64,000 nucleotides of DNA from Candidatus Omnitrophota bacterium (GCA_030632085.1 DAOVJY010000001.1:335402-399401), one strand, 5' to 3'; shown: positions 29,659 through 41,262, counted from the stretch's first letter. Numbers and translations are program-made. The notes: generated from the letters alone by a model not told the origin.

Positions 29659-30786
29659 TTAAAAACCTTTGATTTGTTCTATATAAGATTTATGGTTTCT
29701 CGTTGTTTCACCTACCGAGTCACCTCCGAATTTCTCAAGAAACAGCCTGGCTAATTCAAAAGCTACCGCTGCCTCGGCAACTACAGACGCGGCCGGTACC
29801 GCCGTTATGTCGGATCGTTCTACCTGAGCTTTAAACTTTTCTTTGCTTTTTATATCAACCGATTCCAGTGCTTTTTTCAAAGTGGGTATAGGCTTCATGG
29901 CACAACGCATAATAATCGGCTCCCCGTTAGACATACCGCCTTCTATGCCCCCGGCGTTATTCGATTTGCGAAAAAAACCATTCTTCTTATTATAGAAAAT
30001 CTCATCATGAACCCGTGAACCCGCTTTTTTCGCGACTTCAAAACCAAGGCCCACTTCTACTCCTTTTATGGCCTGAATTGACATAAGAGCGCCGGCTAAT
30101 ATGGCATCTAATTTTCTGTCATAATGCGTAAAGGAACCTACTCCGGGGCAGACTCCGCTTATAATAACTTCAAAGACACCGCCTAAAGTATCCCCTTCAT
30201 GTTCAATTTTACTTATTTCTTCCTTCATTAATTTTTCCGCGGTTTTATCCGCGCAGCGTAACTCGGAATTTTCCGCTTTCCGGATTATGTCTTCCAACTG
30301 CAGGCCTTTTGTGTGGGCATCCACACCGCCTAAAGCGATTACGTGCGAAACAACCCCTACCTGAAAATGACTTAAAAATGTCTTAGCTATAGCTCCAACC
30401 GCCGTTCTTATGGCCGTTTCTCTCGCTGAGGCTCTTTCAAGTATATTACGAATATCATCCTGATTATATTTAAGCGCTCCGGCTAAATCAGCATGGCCCG
30501 GCCTGGGTTTAGATATAGCGCAAAGTTTATCTAAAGAGCAATCTTTATTTTTAATCGTCAATGCTAAGGGGCTTCCCAAGGTAAAGCTGTTACGAATACC
30601 GGATAAAAATTCAACCTTATCATTTTCTATACCTTTAGAGCGGGGGCCTCTGCCGTAACCGGCTTGTCTTCTTTTTAATTCACCATTAATAAACTCTTCG
30701 TCTAGTTTAAGGCCTGAAGGCAGGCCTTCAATAATAGCCGAAAGGCATTTTCCGTGAGATTCTCCCGCGCTTAAATATCTTAACAT
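29659..30786 (-). CDS. aroC: Chorismate synthase
   Basis: MLRYLSAGESHGKCL. Confidence 0.9.
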   Translation of the reverse strand: MLRYLSAGESHGKCLSAIIEGLPSGLKLDEEFINGELKRRQAGYGRGPRSKGIENDKVEFLSGIRNSFTLGSPLALTIKNKDCSLDKLCAISKPRPGHADLAGALKYNQDDIRNILERASARETAIRTAVGAIAKTFLSHFQVGVVSHVIALGGVDAHTKGLQLEDIIRKAENSELRCADKTAEKLMKEEISKIEHEGDTLGGVFEVIISGVCPGVGSFTHYDRKLDAILAGALMSIQAIKGVEVGLGFEVAKKAGSRVHDEIFYNKKNGFFRKSNNAGGIEGGMSNGEPIIMRCAMKPIPTLKKALESVDIKSKEKFKAQVERSDITAVPAASVVAEAAVAFELARLFLEKFGGDSVGETTRNHKSYIEQIKGF

Positions 30787-30818
30787 AACAACCTCCTAAA
30801 AAATTCCATTTAACTTTT

Positions 30819-31691
30819 TTAAAATCCCGATATCCCGTATAAATAATTGGAAACAGCCGCTACAATCTGATCCTGCCAGATAAAAACCACTAAAGCTGCC
30901 GCTGAAAGAAAAGGCCCATAAGGAATAATATGGTCCTTTTTAGTTACAAGGATAACAAGCCCGATTATCGAACCTAAAAAGGGCGCTGCAATAAAAGTAA
31001 TCAAAACTCCTTGAATACCTAAAAAAGAACCGATTAAAGCCATCAAGGTTACATCGCCTAACCCCATGCAGCTCGCCTCTTCCTCATTATCAAACTTCTT
31101 CAGCAAATAAAAAACCTTACCTCTTTTTTTGTAAATAGTCGCAACTACATCAAAAAGGATAAAATTAAAAATTATAATAACTAAATAAACCAGGCCCCCT
31201 CCAAAGATAGCACCGGCAAGTGAGCTGATAATAGGTTTTTGTAAAATATCCCCGCAGAAACCTATGCTTTGGCCGGCTTTAATCACAAAAATAAGAAGTA
31301 AGGCACCCACGGATACGCTGTCAGGAATAAATTGATATTTAATATCAATAAACGACGCAACTATCAAGCTTGAGAAAAATATCATTCCCAGGAGAAAGTC
31401 CAAACCTAAGCCGCAACACCAAAAAAGATAAACAGCTAAAACCCCGCTTATTAATTCCACCAGCAGGTTTCCTATGGAAATAGGTTTTTTGCAATACCGG
31501 CATTTACCCTTTAAAAGGATAAAACTTATAATGGGAATATTATCAAACCATTTCAACGGCTTATTACAGCTGGTGCAATGTGAAGCCGGCCGTATTATAG
31601 ATTCATCTTTGGGTAACCTGTAAATACAGACCCCCAAAAAACTGCCTAAAATTAATCCAAAAATTGAAACTACAATATATGCCAATATCAT
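30819..31691 (-). CDS. Prepilin peptidase (A24 family) with N-terminal zinc-finger
   Basis: CTSCNKPL...CRYCKK and SFIDIKYQFIPD. Confidence 0.8.
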   Translation of the reverse strand: MILAYIVVSIFGLILGSFLGVCIYRLPKDESIIRPASHCTSCNKPLKWFDNIPIISFILLKGKCRYCKKPISIGNLLVELISGVLAVYLFWCCGLGLDFLLGMIFFSSLIVASFIDIKYQFIPDSVSVGALLLIFVIKAGQSIGFCGDILQKPIISSLAGAIFGGGLVYLVIIIFNFILFDVVATIYKKRGKVFYLLKKFDNEEEASCMGLGDVTLMALIGSFLGIQGVLITFIAAPFLGSIIGLVILVTKKDHIIPYGPFLSAAALVVFIWQDQIVAAVSNYLYGISGF

Positions 31692-31732
31692 TTTATTCTC
31701 TTAAATTTTATTTCTATCTTTACACTTTTTAC

Positions 31733-32608
31733 TTAAAGCCCACTTTCTAAAAAACTACTTAAGGCCTGTTTATAGATTTTTATAGAAGGTTTTTTATTAG
31801 TCCATATCTTAAAAGCTCTGAGGCCCTGATATAAAAGCAAACCTTCTCCGTTTAAAACTTTAAGGCCTCTTTTTTTAGCTGCCTTTAATAAAACAGGCAC
31901 TTTGGGATTGTAAATTAAATCACAAACTAAGGTTCGTTTATTTAAAAGTTCTACATCAATTACCGCGGCATCTTTCTTCCTAAGGCCAACTCCCGTCGCG
32001 TTAATAAATAAATGCGCATCTGATAAGAAAATTCCGGTTTTCTTTTTATCCCTTAAGTGAATTGCTATTACATTCAATTTGGGATAATATTTCCTTAAGG
32101 ATAAAGCTAAACCAAAAGCCTGTTTATCCTTAATATCCTGGATATAAATTACTTTAGGTTTCTTTTGGGCCAATGAAAAAGCTATAGCCCTGGCTGCCCC
32201 ACCGGCACCCATAATAAAAATAGATTTATTTTTTACATCAAATGCCGCGTCAAACTTAAGCGAATCAATAAAGCCGTCAGCGTCAGTATTATAGCCGACT
32301 AATTTCCCGTTTCTATTTATAACGGTATTAACCGCTCCTATATTTTTGGCTTGCCGGTCTATTTTATCCAGATATTTCATGCAGGTTTGCTTATGAGGAA
32401 TGGTAATATTAACCCCGGCTATATTAAGAGCCCTTATAGAAGCCAAAGCTTCTTTCAGATAATTCGTTTTGACATCCAAAGCTATATAACAGGCATTAAT
32501 ATTCAAGGCCTTAAAAGCCGCGTTATGCATCGCGCACGAGGCGGTATGTTCTACCGGATGGCCCAGTAAAGCATAAATTTTACTATGTCCGTCTATTTTT
32601 AATTTCAT
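31733..32608 (-). CDS. aroE: Shikimate dehydrogenase
   Basis: GAVNTV, GAGGAARAIAF. Confidence 0.85.
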   Translation of the reverse strand: MKLKIDGHSKIYALLGHPVEHTASCAMHNAAFKALNINACYIALDVKTNYLKEALASIRALNIAGVNITIPHKQTCMKYLDKIDRQAKNIGAVNTVINRNGKLVGYNTDADGFIDSLKFDAAFDVKNKSIFIMGAGGAARAIAFSLAQKKPKVIYIQDIKDKQAFGLALSLRKYYPKLNVIAIHLRDKKKTGIFLSDAHLFINATGVGLRKKDAAVIDVELLNKRTLVCDLIYNPKVPVLLKAAKKRGLKVLNGEGLLLYQGLRAFKIWTNKKPSIKIYKQALSSFLESGL

Positions 32609-32626
32609 ATATTTTATTCTAAGGTT

Positions 32627-34141
32627 TTATTTCTTTTTACCGGAAAAAAGAACTTTGTTTATAGCATTAATATATGCTTTAGCACTTGCTTCAAAAATAT
32701 CGGTACTTGAACTCTTGGCAACTATTTCCCGGTTTTTAAACCTTACTTTTATAACCACTTCTCCTAAAGCATCTTTGCCCCGAGTAACAGATTCCAAGGC
32801 ATAACTTATTAATTTACCTTTTGATTTTACTATTTGGTCAATAGCTTTATAGCAAGCATCCACCGGGCCGTCGCCTGTCGCTTGAGCCTCGTAAATTTTT
32901 CCTTTGGACTTAATTTTGACATTGGCCATAGGCGCTTTATCCGTTTCAGAAACCACTTTAATATTTAATAACTGCCATATCTGAGGCGTCTGGGTTATCT
33001 CACCTTCAATGATGCTCCGCAAATCTTCATCATAGACTTCTTTTTTCTTATTGGCTAATTGCATAAATTTCTCAAAAGCGTCCTGTAATTCTGTTTTATC
33101 CAAGTCAAAACCCAACTGCTGCAAGCGAACCTTAAAAGCATGTCTGCCGGAATGACGGCCTAAGACTAATTTACTTTCTTTAAAACCCACATCTTCAGGT
33201 TTCATGATTTCATAGGTGCTTCTTTCTTTTATGACACCATCTTGATGTATTCCCGACTCATGACTAAAGGCGTTATCACCTATAATAGCTTTATTAGGCT
33301 GCATCTTAATACCCATTAGATGACTTATTAAACGCGAACTTTTATATAACTCTCTGGTTTTAACAGATGTCTTAACTTTATAAAAATCTCTCCGCGTCTT
33401 AATGGCCATAACCACCTCTTCCAGGGGAGCACTACCGGCTCTCTCGCCGATACCGTTAATGGTACACTCTATCTGCCTGGCACCGTTTACCACGGCAGCT
33501 AATGAATTAGCCGTAGCCATTCCTAAATCATCATGGCAGTGCGTACTGATAACAGCCTTATTAATATTAGGCACATTATCTAATAAAAACTTAATCACCT
33601 TGCCATAATCCTCCGGAGTGGCATAACCAACAGTATCAGGAATATTCACAGTTGTAGCCCCTGCATCAATTACCGCCTCGACAACCTGAATCAAAAACTC
33701 CAAGTCTGTCCTGCTGGCATCTTCCGGTGAAAATTCTATATCGGCTACTTTACGCTTGGCATATTTAACAGCGTCGACAGCCAGTTTTAATATTTCATCC
33801 TGAGCTTTTTTTAACTTATACTGCATATGTATTTTGGAAGTAGCCAAAAAAACATGGATGCGTTTTCTCTTGGCCCGCCTAGTAGATTTATAAGCCGCGT
33901 CTATATCTTCTTTTTTGGCCCTGGCCAACGCGCAGATTATTGGTTTCTTGATTTCTGAAGCAATAGTTTTTACCGCTTTAAAGTCAAGGTCCGAGGAAAT
34001 CGGAAAACCCGCTTCAATTACATCCACGTTTAAACGCTCCAATTGATGAGCCACTTGTATCTTCTGCCTTAAATCAAGACTGGCCCCGGGAGCTTGTTCT
34101 CCGTCTCTTAATGTTGTATCGAAAATTATTACTTTATCCAT
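32627..34141 (-). CDS. leuA: 2-isopropylmalate synthase / citramalate synthase family
   Basis: IFDTTLRDGEQAPG...; ~500-aa LeuA/CimA class with a regulatory domain. Confidence 0.8.
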   Translation of the reverse strand: MDKVIIFDTTLRDGEQAPGASLDLRQKIQVAHQLERLNVDVIEAGFPISSDLDFKAVKTIASEIKKPIICALARAKKEDIDAAYKSTRRAKRKRIHVFLATSKIHMQYKLKKAQDEILKLAVDAVKYAKRKVADIEFSPEDASRTDLEFLIQVVEAVIDAGATTVNIPDTVGYATPEDYGKVIKFLLDNVPNINKAVISTHCHDDLGMATANSLAAVVNGARQIECTINGIGERAGSAPLEEVVMAIKTRRDFYKVKTSVKTRELYKSSRLISHLMGIKMQPNKAIIGDNAFSHESGIHQDGVIKERSTYEIMKPEDVGFKESKLVLGRHSGRHAFKVRLQQLGFDLDKTELQDAFEKFMQLANKKKEVYDEDLRSIIEGEITQTPQIWQLLNIKVVSETDKAPMANVKIKSKGKIYEAQATGDGPVDACYKAIDQIVKSKGKLISYALESVTRGKDALGEVVIKVRFKNREIVAKSSSTDIFEASAKAYINAINKVLFSGKKK

Positions 34142-34475
34142 TTTCTTTCTTACTTAACAGGAACATATTGTTAAAATTATTCAATTTTAGATCACCAATA
34201 TTCAAACAATTTCCAATAACCAAGATGCAAGATATGCCCTTTCGGGCACAGGCAAACAATTTCCAAATTTCAATATCCAATAACCAAACAGTTGCTTTTG
34301 TCTTAGGCTGGTTATTTTATTATCTCATCATTCTTGTTTGGTTATTTTAATTTGGTCATTGATTATTATTTGGTTATTGTATCTTGTTTCTTGTATCTTG
34401 ATTTCAAAAACTCTATGAACCAAGAACCAAATTACACCCTAACGGGCACAAACAAACAATATTTAAGTTAAATAC
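34142..34475 (-). promoter_or_regulatory. Repeat-structured 334-nt ilvC-leuA intergenic region (candidate leader/cis-regulatory RNA)
   Basis: two copies of AUUGUUUGYYUGUGCCCG-loop-GGG hairpin unit (one with a GAAA tetraloop), multiple AATAACCAA/TTGGTTATT units. Confidence 0.35.
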
Positions 34476-35468
34476 TTATTTACTTATCCAACTCATCATA
34501 CCTCTGAGTTTCTTACCAATAACTTCCAGAGGATGTTTTAAGTCCCTTTTTCTCAATTTGGTAAATACGGGCCTTTTCTTTTCGTTTTCCCGCATCCATT
34601 CTTTAGCGAATTTACCACTTTGGATATCCTTAAGTATTTTCTCCATTCTTTTTCTTACCGCTTTATCAATAACTACCGGGCCTCGGCTTAAATCTCCGTA
34701 TTCAGCCGTATCAGAAATAATCTGTCTCATACCGGCTAAACCTGATTTATAAATAAGGTCGGTAATTAATTTCAATTCATGACAACATTCAAAATAAGCT
34801 ATCTCCGGCTGATAACCGGCTTTAATTAACGTATCAAATCCGGCCTTGATTAGCTCGGTAACTCCGCCGCAGAGAACAGCCTGTTCACCGAAGAGGTCGG
34901 TTTCCGTTTCCTCTTTAAAAGTTGTCTCAATAACACCGGCTCTGGTACCACCGATACCCTTGGCATAGGCTAGAGCCTTATTAAGAGCTTTTCCGGAATA
35001 TTCTTGAAAAACGGCTACTAAGCAGGGAACACCCATGCCTTTTTCATACATTTCTCTAACCAGAGTTCCGGGGCCCTTAGGGGCCACCATAAAGACATCA
35101 ACATATTTTGGCGGCTTAATCTGCTTAAAATGAATGTTAAATCCGTGTGAAAAAACAAGTGCCTTGCCCTCTGTCAAATTGGGTTCAACGCTGTCGCGAT
35201 AAACCATACCCTGAACATGATCCTGAGTTAAAATCTGGATTATATCAGCTTTTTGCGCTGCTTCTTTGGCTGAGACGGGCTTGAACCTGTCTTTTTGAGC
35301 CTGCTTCCAGTTAGCACTTCCTTTAAGATCGCTGACAATAACTTTCAAGCCGCTGTCTCTTAAGTTAAGGCTTTGAGCGCGGCCTTGAGCGCCATAACCT
35401 ATAACGGCAATAGTCATACCTTTTAATTCTTTTAAGTTCGCGTCTTTCTCTTTGTAAACCTTAGCCAT
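34476..35468 (-). CDS. ilvC: Ketol-acid reductoisomerase
   Basis: [17 protein letters not shown]. Confidence 0.9.
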   Translation of the reverse strand: MAKVYKEKDANLKELKGMTIAVIGYGAQGRAQSLNLRDSGLKVIVSDLKGSANWKQAQKDRFKPVSAKEAAQKADIIQILTQDHVQGMVYRDSVEPNLTEGKALVFSHGFNIHFKQIKPPKYVDVFMVAPKGPGTLVREMYEKGMGVPCLVAVFQEYSGKALNKALAYAKGIGGTRAGVIETTFKEETETDLFGEQAVLCGGVTELIKAGFDTLIKAGYQPEIAYFECCHELKLITDLIYKSGLAGMRQIISDTAEYGDLSRGPVVIDKAVRKRMEKILKDIQSGKFAKEWMRENEKKRPVFTKLRKRDLKHPLEVIGKKLRGMMSWISK

Positions 35469-35487
35469 TCCGTTTCTCCCTGAAATG

Positions 35488-35979
35488 TTATTTTTCTTTA
35501 GCTATAGCTAATTTTCCGGTTCTAGTCATTTCTCTTAATTTGTAATTTGATATTTCTTTAAATAACTTTTCCACCTGAGAGCTATCTCCGCAAAATTCAA
35601 CCGAAAGAGTCTCATTTTTTTCATCAAAAACCTTGGCCTTATTCTTTCTTAAAACCTCTTTAATTTTCTTAAGATTAGCAGAGCTGACTTTAACTTTAAA
35701 AAGTACCAGTTCCCTGTCGACAAACCCTTTTTTAGTAAGGTCATCAACCCTGATAACATCAATCAGACGATTAAGCTGTTTGTCTACCTGCTCAAGCGTC
35801 CTGTCATCTCCGGTAACTACTATTGTCATGCGGGACATCGAGGAGTCTTCAGTCTCTCCAACTGTCAGAGAATCAATATTAAAACCTCTGGCTGAAAACA
35901 AACTGGATATATGAGCTAAAACCCCAAATCTATTTTCAACTAAAACAGAAATAATATGTTTTTTAAACTTATCGGACAT
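35488..35979 (-). CDS. ilvN: Acetolactate synthase small (regulatory) subunit
   Basis: ACT domain [28 protein letters not shown]. Confidence 0.85.
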   Translation of the reverse strand: MSDKFKKHIISVLVENRFGVLAHISSLFSARGFNIDSLTVGETEDSSMSRMTIVVTGDDRTLEQVDKQLNRLIDVIRVDDLTKKGFVDRELVLFKVKVSSANLKKIKEVLRKNKAKVFDEKNETLSVEFCGDSSQVEKLFKEISNYKLREMTRTGKLAIAKEK

Positions 35980-35983
35980 AATT

Positions 35984-37657
35984 TTACGCTAAGCCTCCCA
36001 TCATCTTATTAATAGCATTACCGGGCGCGACCATAGGAAAAACATTTTCCTCACCTTCAACATGAAAATCAACTAAAACCGGCCCCGGGGTCTTAATAGC
36101 TTCTTTAAGCGCCATGATAACATCTTGTTTCTTGGTAACCTTAATACCTTTAACTCCATAACCTTCAGCTATTTTAACAAAGTCGGGATTTTTTAAAGGT
36201 GTAGATTGATAACGCTTATCATAAAACAACTCCTGCCACTGCCTAACCATTCCCAGGCATGAGTTATTTAGTATTAAAATTTTAACCGGAATCTTATACT
36301 CGGCTACTGTAGCTAACTCCTGAATGTTCATCTGAATGCTGCCGTCACCGGCAATATCAAAAACCAATTTATCAGGACATCCTACCTGAGCGCCAATAGC
36401 TGCCGGAAAGCCATAACCCATAGTTCCCAGGCCGCCGCTGGTTAAAAAAGTACGCGGCCTTATGTGCTGATAAAACTGCGCCGCCCACATCTGATGTTGG
36501 CCAACCTCGGTAGCAATAATAGCCTTACCTTTAGTTAGTTTGTTGAGCTCTTCAATAACATACTGTGGATGCAGCTTATTATCATCTTCATAAGTCAAGG
36601 GATGCGTCTTCTTCCAGCCGTCTATCTGCTTAAGCCATGCGCTGGTATTTGGTTTCTTATTTATTTTCTTATTTAAATCACTTAAAACACTCTTGCAATC
36701 ACCGACTATAGGTATATCAACATCAACGTTCTTACTTATACTTGATGGGTCAATATCAATATGGATTACTTTAGCACTTGGGGCAAATTCATCAATCTTA
36801 CCCGTAACTCTATCATCAAATCTGGAACCTACGGCAATAATCAAATCCGAGTCCATAATCGCGTAATTGGCATAAGCTGAACCATGCATACCCAGCATCT
36901 TTAAAGATAAAGGATGCGCCTCGGGAAAACCGCCTAAACCGGTCAAAGTAGTCGTAACCGGAATACCATTTCTCTCAGCCAGTTTTATTAATTCCTTTTC
37001 AGCTCCGGAAATAATAACTCCGCCGCCGGCATAAATAACAGGACGCCTGCTCTTAGATATCAGTGCCGCCGCCCTTTTTATTTGACCCGGATGCCCCTCA
37101 TATGTCGGATTATAACTTCTTAAATTGAGTTTCTTAGGATAATTAAAATCTATTTCCTCCAAAGTAATATCTTTAGGTAAATCAATTAAAACCGGGCCGG
37201 GCCTGCCGGTTGAAGCAATATAAAACGCCTCTTTTACTATGCGGGCTAAATCCTTAACGTCCTTAACCAGATAATTATGCTTAGTAACCGAGCGGGTAAT
37301 ACCCGTTAAGTCAGCTTCCTGAAAAGCATCGTTTCCAATCATATTGGTATTAACCTGGCCGGTTATAGCCACAATAGGAACAGAATCAAAATTAGCGGTC
37401 GCTAAACCGGTCACTATATTAGTAGCTCCCGGACCGGAAGTCACCATGCAAACCCCAACTTTACCTGTAGCCCTGGCATACCCGTCGGCTGCGTGAGCCG
37501 CCCCCTGTTCATGGCGCGTCAGAAGAAACTGTATCTCCTTACAATCATAGAGCTTATCTAAAACGGGCAACAGACATCCACCCGGTATACCAAAGATAAC
37601 TTCAACATTCTCTTTAATAAGCGAATTAATTAAAATCTGCGCGCCGCTTAGTTTCAT
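35984..37657 (-). CDS. ilvB: Acetolactate synthase large subunit
   Basis: TPP enzyme motifs, [12 protein letters not shown]. Confidence 0.9.
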   Translation of the reverse strand: MKLSGAQILINSLIKENVEVIFGIPGGCLLPVLDKLYDCKEIQFLLTRHEQGAAHAADGYARATGKVGVCMVTSGPGATNIVTGLATANFDSVPIVAITGQVNTNMIGNDAFQEADLTGITRSVTKHNYLVKDVKDLARIVKEAFYIASTGRPGPVLIDLPKDITLEEIDFNYPKKLNLRSYNPTYEGHPGQIKRAAALISKSRRPVIYAGGGVIISGAEKELIKLAERNGIPVTTTLTGLGGFPEAHPLSLKMLGMHGSAYANYAIMDSDLIIAVGSRFDDRVTGKIDEFAPSAKVIHIDIDPSSISKNVDVDIPIVGDCKSVLSDLNKKINKKPNTSAWLKQIDGWKKTHPLTYEDDNKLHPQYVIEELNKLTKGKAIIATEVGQHQMWAAQFYQHIRPRTFLTSGGLGTMGYGFPAAIGAQVGCPDKLVFDIAGDGSIQMNIQELATVAEYKIPVKILILNNSCLGMVRQWQELFYDKRYQSTPLKNPDFVKIAEGYGVKGIKVTKKQDVIMALKEAIKTPGPVLVDFHVEGEENVFPMVAPGNAINKMMGGLA

Positions 37658-37697
37658 TTTAATACTCCTAATTTAATTTTGCCCTAAAAAATTATAT

Positions 37698-37783
37698 AAC
37701 CGCCAAAAAGCGGTTATTAATAAATAAAGCTATATTATTAAATGATTTATATTTAATTATATCATAAGCTTTTTTGATGTCAA
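37698..37783 (-). promoter_or_regulatory. sigma70-like promoter for ilvBNC (TTGACA-16 nt-TATAAT on the minus strand, 37756-37783) followed by a leader hairpin AACCGC-loop-GCGGTT plus U-tract (37698-37720)
   Basis: consensus hexamers and perfect hairpin read directly from the sequence. Confidence 0.5.
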
Positions 37784-37879
37784 GAACACCTTTTGCTTTA
37801 GTTATTTGATTAAAAGTGCAAAACATTCAAGGCATTCCGCACTAACAAACTTGATATTTAGTCTTTATTAAGGTAAAGT

Positions 37880-40800
37880 ATGAACATTATGGAAAATCTA
37901 TGGGTTTATATATTAACGATAATAATTTACCTTACTTATCCTTGTCTCGGCTATGCCGAATGCAACAGAACCTTACTTATTGCCGATTTCGACAAATGCT
38001 CTAATTTCAATTATCTTCATGGCCAAATGGGAGGAGATACAAAAGCACCCGGTACATGCAACTCTTCTTTTATTACAAATCCCACTGATGTCTATGGCGG
38101 TGGAGGAAGCTCATTAAAATTGGATTTTGATGTTACTCTCTCCGATACTTATTCATTCTTTTGGTGCAAACTAGGGCCAAAAATTTCAGATTTATCTAAC
38201 GCTACTGAATATCTTGATTTATCCTCATACAAATATTTATCATTCTACGTAAAAGGATTAAAAGGGAATGAAATTTTCAAAATTGAAATGCATCAAGACG
38301 TAGATAATAACCATATTTTTAATTTCGATAAAGACATTGCAAGCTCGGTCTATGCTCCGGTTTATTTAAAAAAATGTATTACAAGCAATTGGCAAAAGGT
38401 AATTGTTCCTTTGGAAGATTTTACAAAGTTAAAAGATAAAACAAAAATGCTTGAGATAGTTTTTGTTTTTGAGAATAGCTTCAATAAAGAAAACCCGAAA
38501 AGTTCCGTTTTTGTCGATAATTTTATTTTAGGTACAGCTTTTATCCTTAATGACAAAGAAGCGCCGCGCTCACCGCTCAGAAACAGTTTTAAAGTCAACA
38601 ATAAACTCTTAAAAGACGGAATATCATTTAAACCTCCGGTTCACCTGCAGGTAGAAGCCCTTAGCTCTTCAGATGATAACTCCTTAGAAAATATCCGCTT
38701 TATGTTTAAACATCCTGCCGCAGATTATTACAGAACCATAGGATATGATTATGATACCGATGATAATATATACAATATAACTTGGCCCGCGGCTAATCTG
38801 GCAACTGATAAAACATATATCATACAAGCTGAAGCGGAAGACGCGGCCGGTAACAAAACCAAGATGATATTTCCTATAAAAAAATGTAGACTGCACCCTT
38901 TAACCGATAGTGAATTTCTGAATATTTTAAGTAAAACGGCTTTTAATTACTTCCTTGATTATCAAGATGATGAAACAGGTTTGATATCGGATAATTCACA
39001 GGGAGGATACGCAAGTATTGCCGCGACCGGATTCGGATTGGCTGCTTATACCATTGGAGCTGAGCGCGGCTGGATAGAAAAAGAAGAAGCGGAATTAAGA
39101 ATTATTAAAACCCTTGATACTTTCTTAGGAAATCCTCAAGACGCAAACGATATTCTCGCCCAAGGAAAAGACGGTTTTTTCTATCACTTTTTAGATATGA
39201 ACACCGCCAAGAGAGCCGGAGATTGTGAAATCTCTATTATCGATACCGCCCTACTTGCCTGCGGAGCTTTAACAGCCGGTGAATACTTTGGCGGAGAAAT
39301 AAAAGTAAAAGCGGAAGAACTTTATAAAAACATCAATTGGCAAAGTTTCTACGATAAAGATAAAGGCTTGTTTTACATGGGCTGGTCACCTGAAAAAGGA
39401 TACTTTGATAGATATTGGAACTTTTTTACTGATGAAGTTATTATAATTAGTCTCTTAGCCGTTGGCTCACCTACTTATCCTGTTGAACCTTCAAGTTACT
39501 ATGCCTTTAAAAGAAAAGAAGGAAGCTATAAAGATATTGGGCCTTTCATCTATTCATTCAATGGAACTTTGTTCTGTCATCAATACGCCCATGCTTGGTT
39601 CTATCTTAAAGATATGCGAGACAAAAAAGGCGTTAACTGGTGGAAGAATTCATATCTGGCTACCTTAGCCAACAGGCAATTCTGTATAGATAATTCCTCC
39701 GCTTATAAAACTTATGAGCTTGACTCCTGGTGCATATCCTCCTTTTACCTCCCCGAGGCATACACTATGCATTTTGGAAGCCCGCCTTGCGGTCAAAACA
39801 CGCCCATGCACAATGGTACCGTTTCGCCTGTAGGTGTAGCCGGTTCAATAGTTTTTACACCCAGAGAATCTTTCTCTACTTTAGAAAATTTCTTTATAAA
39901 CTATCCTAACCTTTGGGGCCATTATGGCTTAAAGAATTCATTCAACTTAGACAGAGGCTTCTATGCGCCTGTTTATTATGGTATAGACAGAGGCCTTATG
40001 CTCTTGATGCTGGAGAACTTCAAAGACGGTTTTATCTGGACCTCGTTTATGAAGAATGAATATATACAAAATGCTTTAAATAAAGCCGGATTTAAGCGGG
40101 TAGAAGAAGATAAAACAATAGCAGAACCCCAAAAAGATTATCTTGGACTAATCGAATCACTAAAAAAACAGGTGAAATCAATTAAAGATAAAAATCAAAA
40201 GGCGCTTCTTCATTATATGATAGCCGAAAGTTACATAAAATACTTAGAATCATTAAGGCAAAATGATCTTAATAAATTCAGGCTCTATATTAAAGTAAAT
40301 GATATTTATTATGAACATGCCTTAAAACATCTTGATTGCGCTCTACAGCTAACCTCTGATGAAGGCCTCACAATAGACAGCCTATTAGATAAACTTATAA
40401 TTTATCATCTTGAATTTAAGAATAAACAAAAGGAAGAGGCATTTACTGAGTTAAAACAAAGTATAAATACATACCTAATGGGCGGAGTTGACCGCTCATT
40501 TAAACTAAACCGGATAACCTCTAATCTACATCAGTTCGGCTTAGAAGAATACGCTTTAAAACTCCAAATGGATAATATAAGACAATTGCCAAATTATGAG
40601 GCAAAAGAAGCCTTAAATAATATGAAAAAGAAAGCAGATGGCTATTTAAAAAAAGAAAAAATAACCGAAGCGGAAGCTATCTATAAACAGTACCTAAGAC
40701 TATCAAAGGAATACTACCCGGAAAAAAAAATACCTTTATTCTATCAGGATATTGCTGACGAGTATTATAAAGTGGAAAAATATCAAACAGCTTTAAAATA

Positions 40801-41236
40801 TTATAATTATATTATTGATAATCTCTCAAACTATAAAGGATTAGATAAAATTCAACTAAGGATTGCTTTATGTTATAAAGAAAATAGAAACTATGAAAAC
40901 GCGATTCGGGCGTATGAGAAATTTATTAAGATGTATCCTGATAGTTCAGATATCAATCAGGCGTATCTGGATTTATCAGAAGCATATTATATAAAGTATA
41001 AATCTCAAAAAGCTATATCACATCTTGAAGAACTCTTAAGTTCGGCTCCCCAAAAAGCTATACCGGATATCCGTGTTAACATTGCTAAGATTTATTATAA
41101 TATGAAAGAATTAGATAAAGCGAAGAAAGGGTTTGAAGAGATCATCAGATTATATCCGGATAATCCTCTATCATCTGTAGCTCAAAAGTACATTAAAAAG
41201 ATTAACAACGCGGAAATGAATACTAGGAAGAATTAA
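37880..41236 (+). CDS. Large secreted multidomain protein: signal peptide, beta-sandwich/CBM-like region, six-hairpin glycosidase-like (DUF3131/GH144-like) domain, C-terminal TPR repeats
   Basis: N-terminal hydrophobic leader; GLISDNSQGGYASIAATGF...DRGLMLLMLENFKDGFIW resembles glucoamylase-like (alpha/alpha)6 families; TPR-like helical repeats at the C-terminus. Confidence 0.5.
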   Translation: MNIMENLWVYILTIIIYLTYPCLGYAECNRTLLIADFDKCSNFNYLHGQMGGDTKAPGTCNSSFITNPTDVYGGGGSSLKLDFDVTLSDTYSFFWCKLGPKISDLSNATEYLDLSSYKYLSFYVKGLKGNEIFKIEMHQDVDNNHIFNFDKDIASSVYAPVYLKKCITSNWQKVIVPLEDFTKLKDKTKMLEIVFVFENSFNKENPKSSVFVDNFILGTAFILNDKEAPRSPLRNSFKVNNKLLKDGISFKPPVHLQVEALSSSDDNSLENIRFMFKHPAADYYRTIGYDYDTDDNIYNITWPAANLATDKTYIIQAEAEDAAGNKTKMIFPIKKCRLHPLTDSEFLNILSKTAFNYFLDYQDDETGLISDNSQGGYASIAATGFGLAAYTIGAERGWIEKEEAELRIIKTLDTFLGNPQDANDILAQGKDGFFYHFLDMNTAKRAGDCEISIIDTALLACGALTAGEYFGGEIKVKAEELYKNINWQSFYDKDKGLFYMGWSPEKGYFDRYWNFFTDEVIIISLLAVGSPTYPVEPSSYYAFKRKEGSYKDIGPFIYSFNGTLFCHQYAHAWFYLKDMRDKKGVNWWKNSYLATLANRQFCIDNSSAYKTYELDSWCISSFYLPEAYTMHFGSPPCGQNTPMHNGTVSPVGVAGSIVFTPRESFSTLENFFINYPNLWGHYGLKNSFNLDRGFYAPVYYGIDRGLMLLMLENFKDGFIWTSFMKNEYIQNALNKAGFKRVEEDKTIAEPQKDYLGLIESLKKQVKSIKDKNQKALLHYMIAESYIKYLESLRQNDLNKFRLYIKVNDIYYEHALKHLDCALQLTSDEGLTIDSLLDKLIIYHLEFKNKQKEEAFTELKQSINTYLMGGVDRSFKLNRITSNLHQFGLEEYALKLQMDNIRQLPNYEAKEALNNMKKKADGYLKKEKITEAEAIYKQYLRLSKEYYPEKKIPLFYQDIADEYYKVEKYQTALKYYNYIIDNLSNYKGLDKIQLRIALCYKENRNYENAIRAYEKFIKMYPDSSDINQAYLDLSEAYYIKYKSQKAISHLEELLSSAPQKAIPDIRVNIAKIYYNMKELDKAKKGFEEIIRLYPDNPLSSVAQKYIKKINNAEMNTRKN

Positions 41237-41262
41237 TTTTAGATTATTTATAGATTTATTAT

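Noticed and set aside
34142-34475. T-box riboswitch upstream of leuA
   Set aside because: Only AGGGUG is present. The conserved T-box core (AGGGUGGNACCGCG) and specifier-loop architecture are absent.
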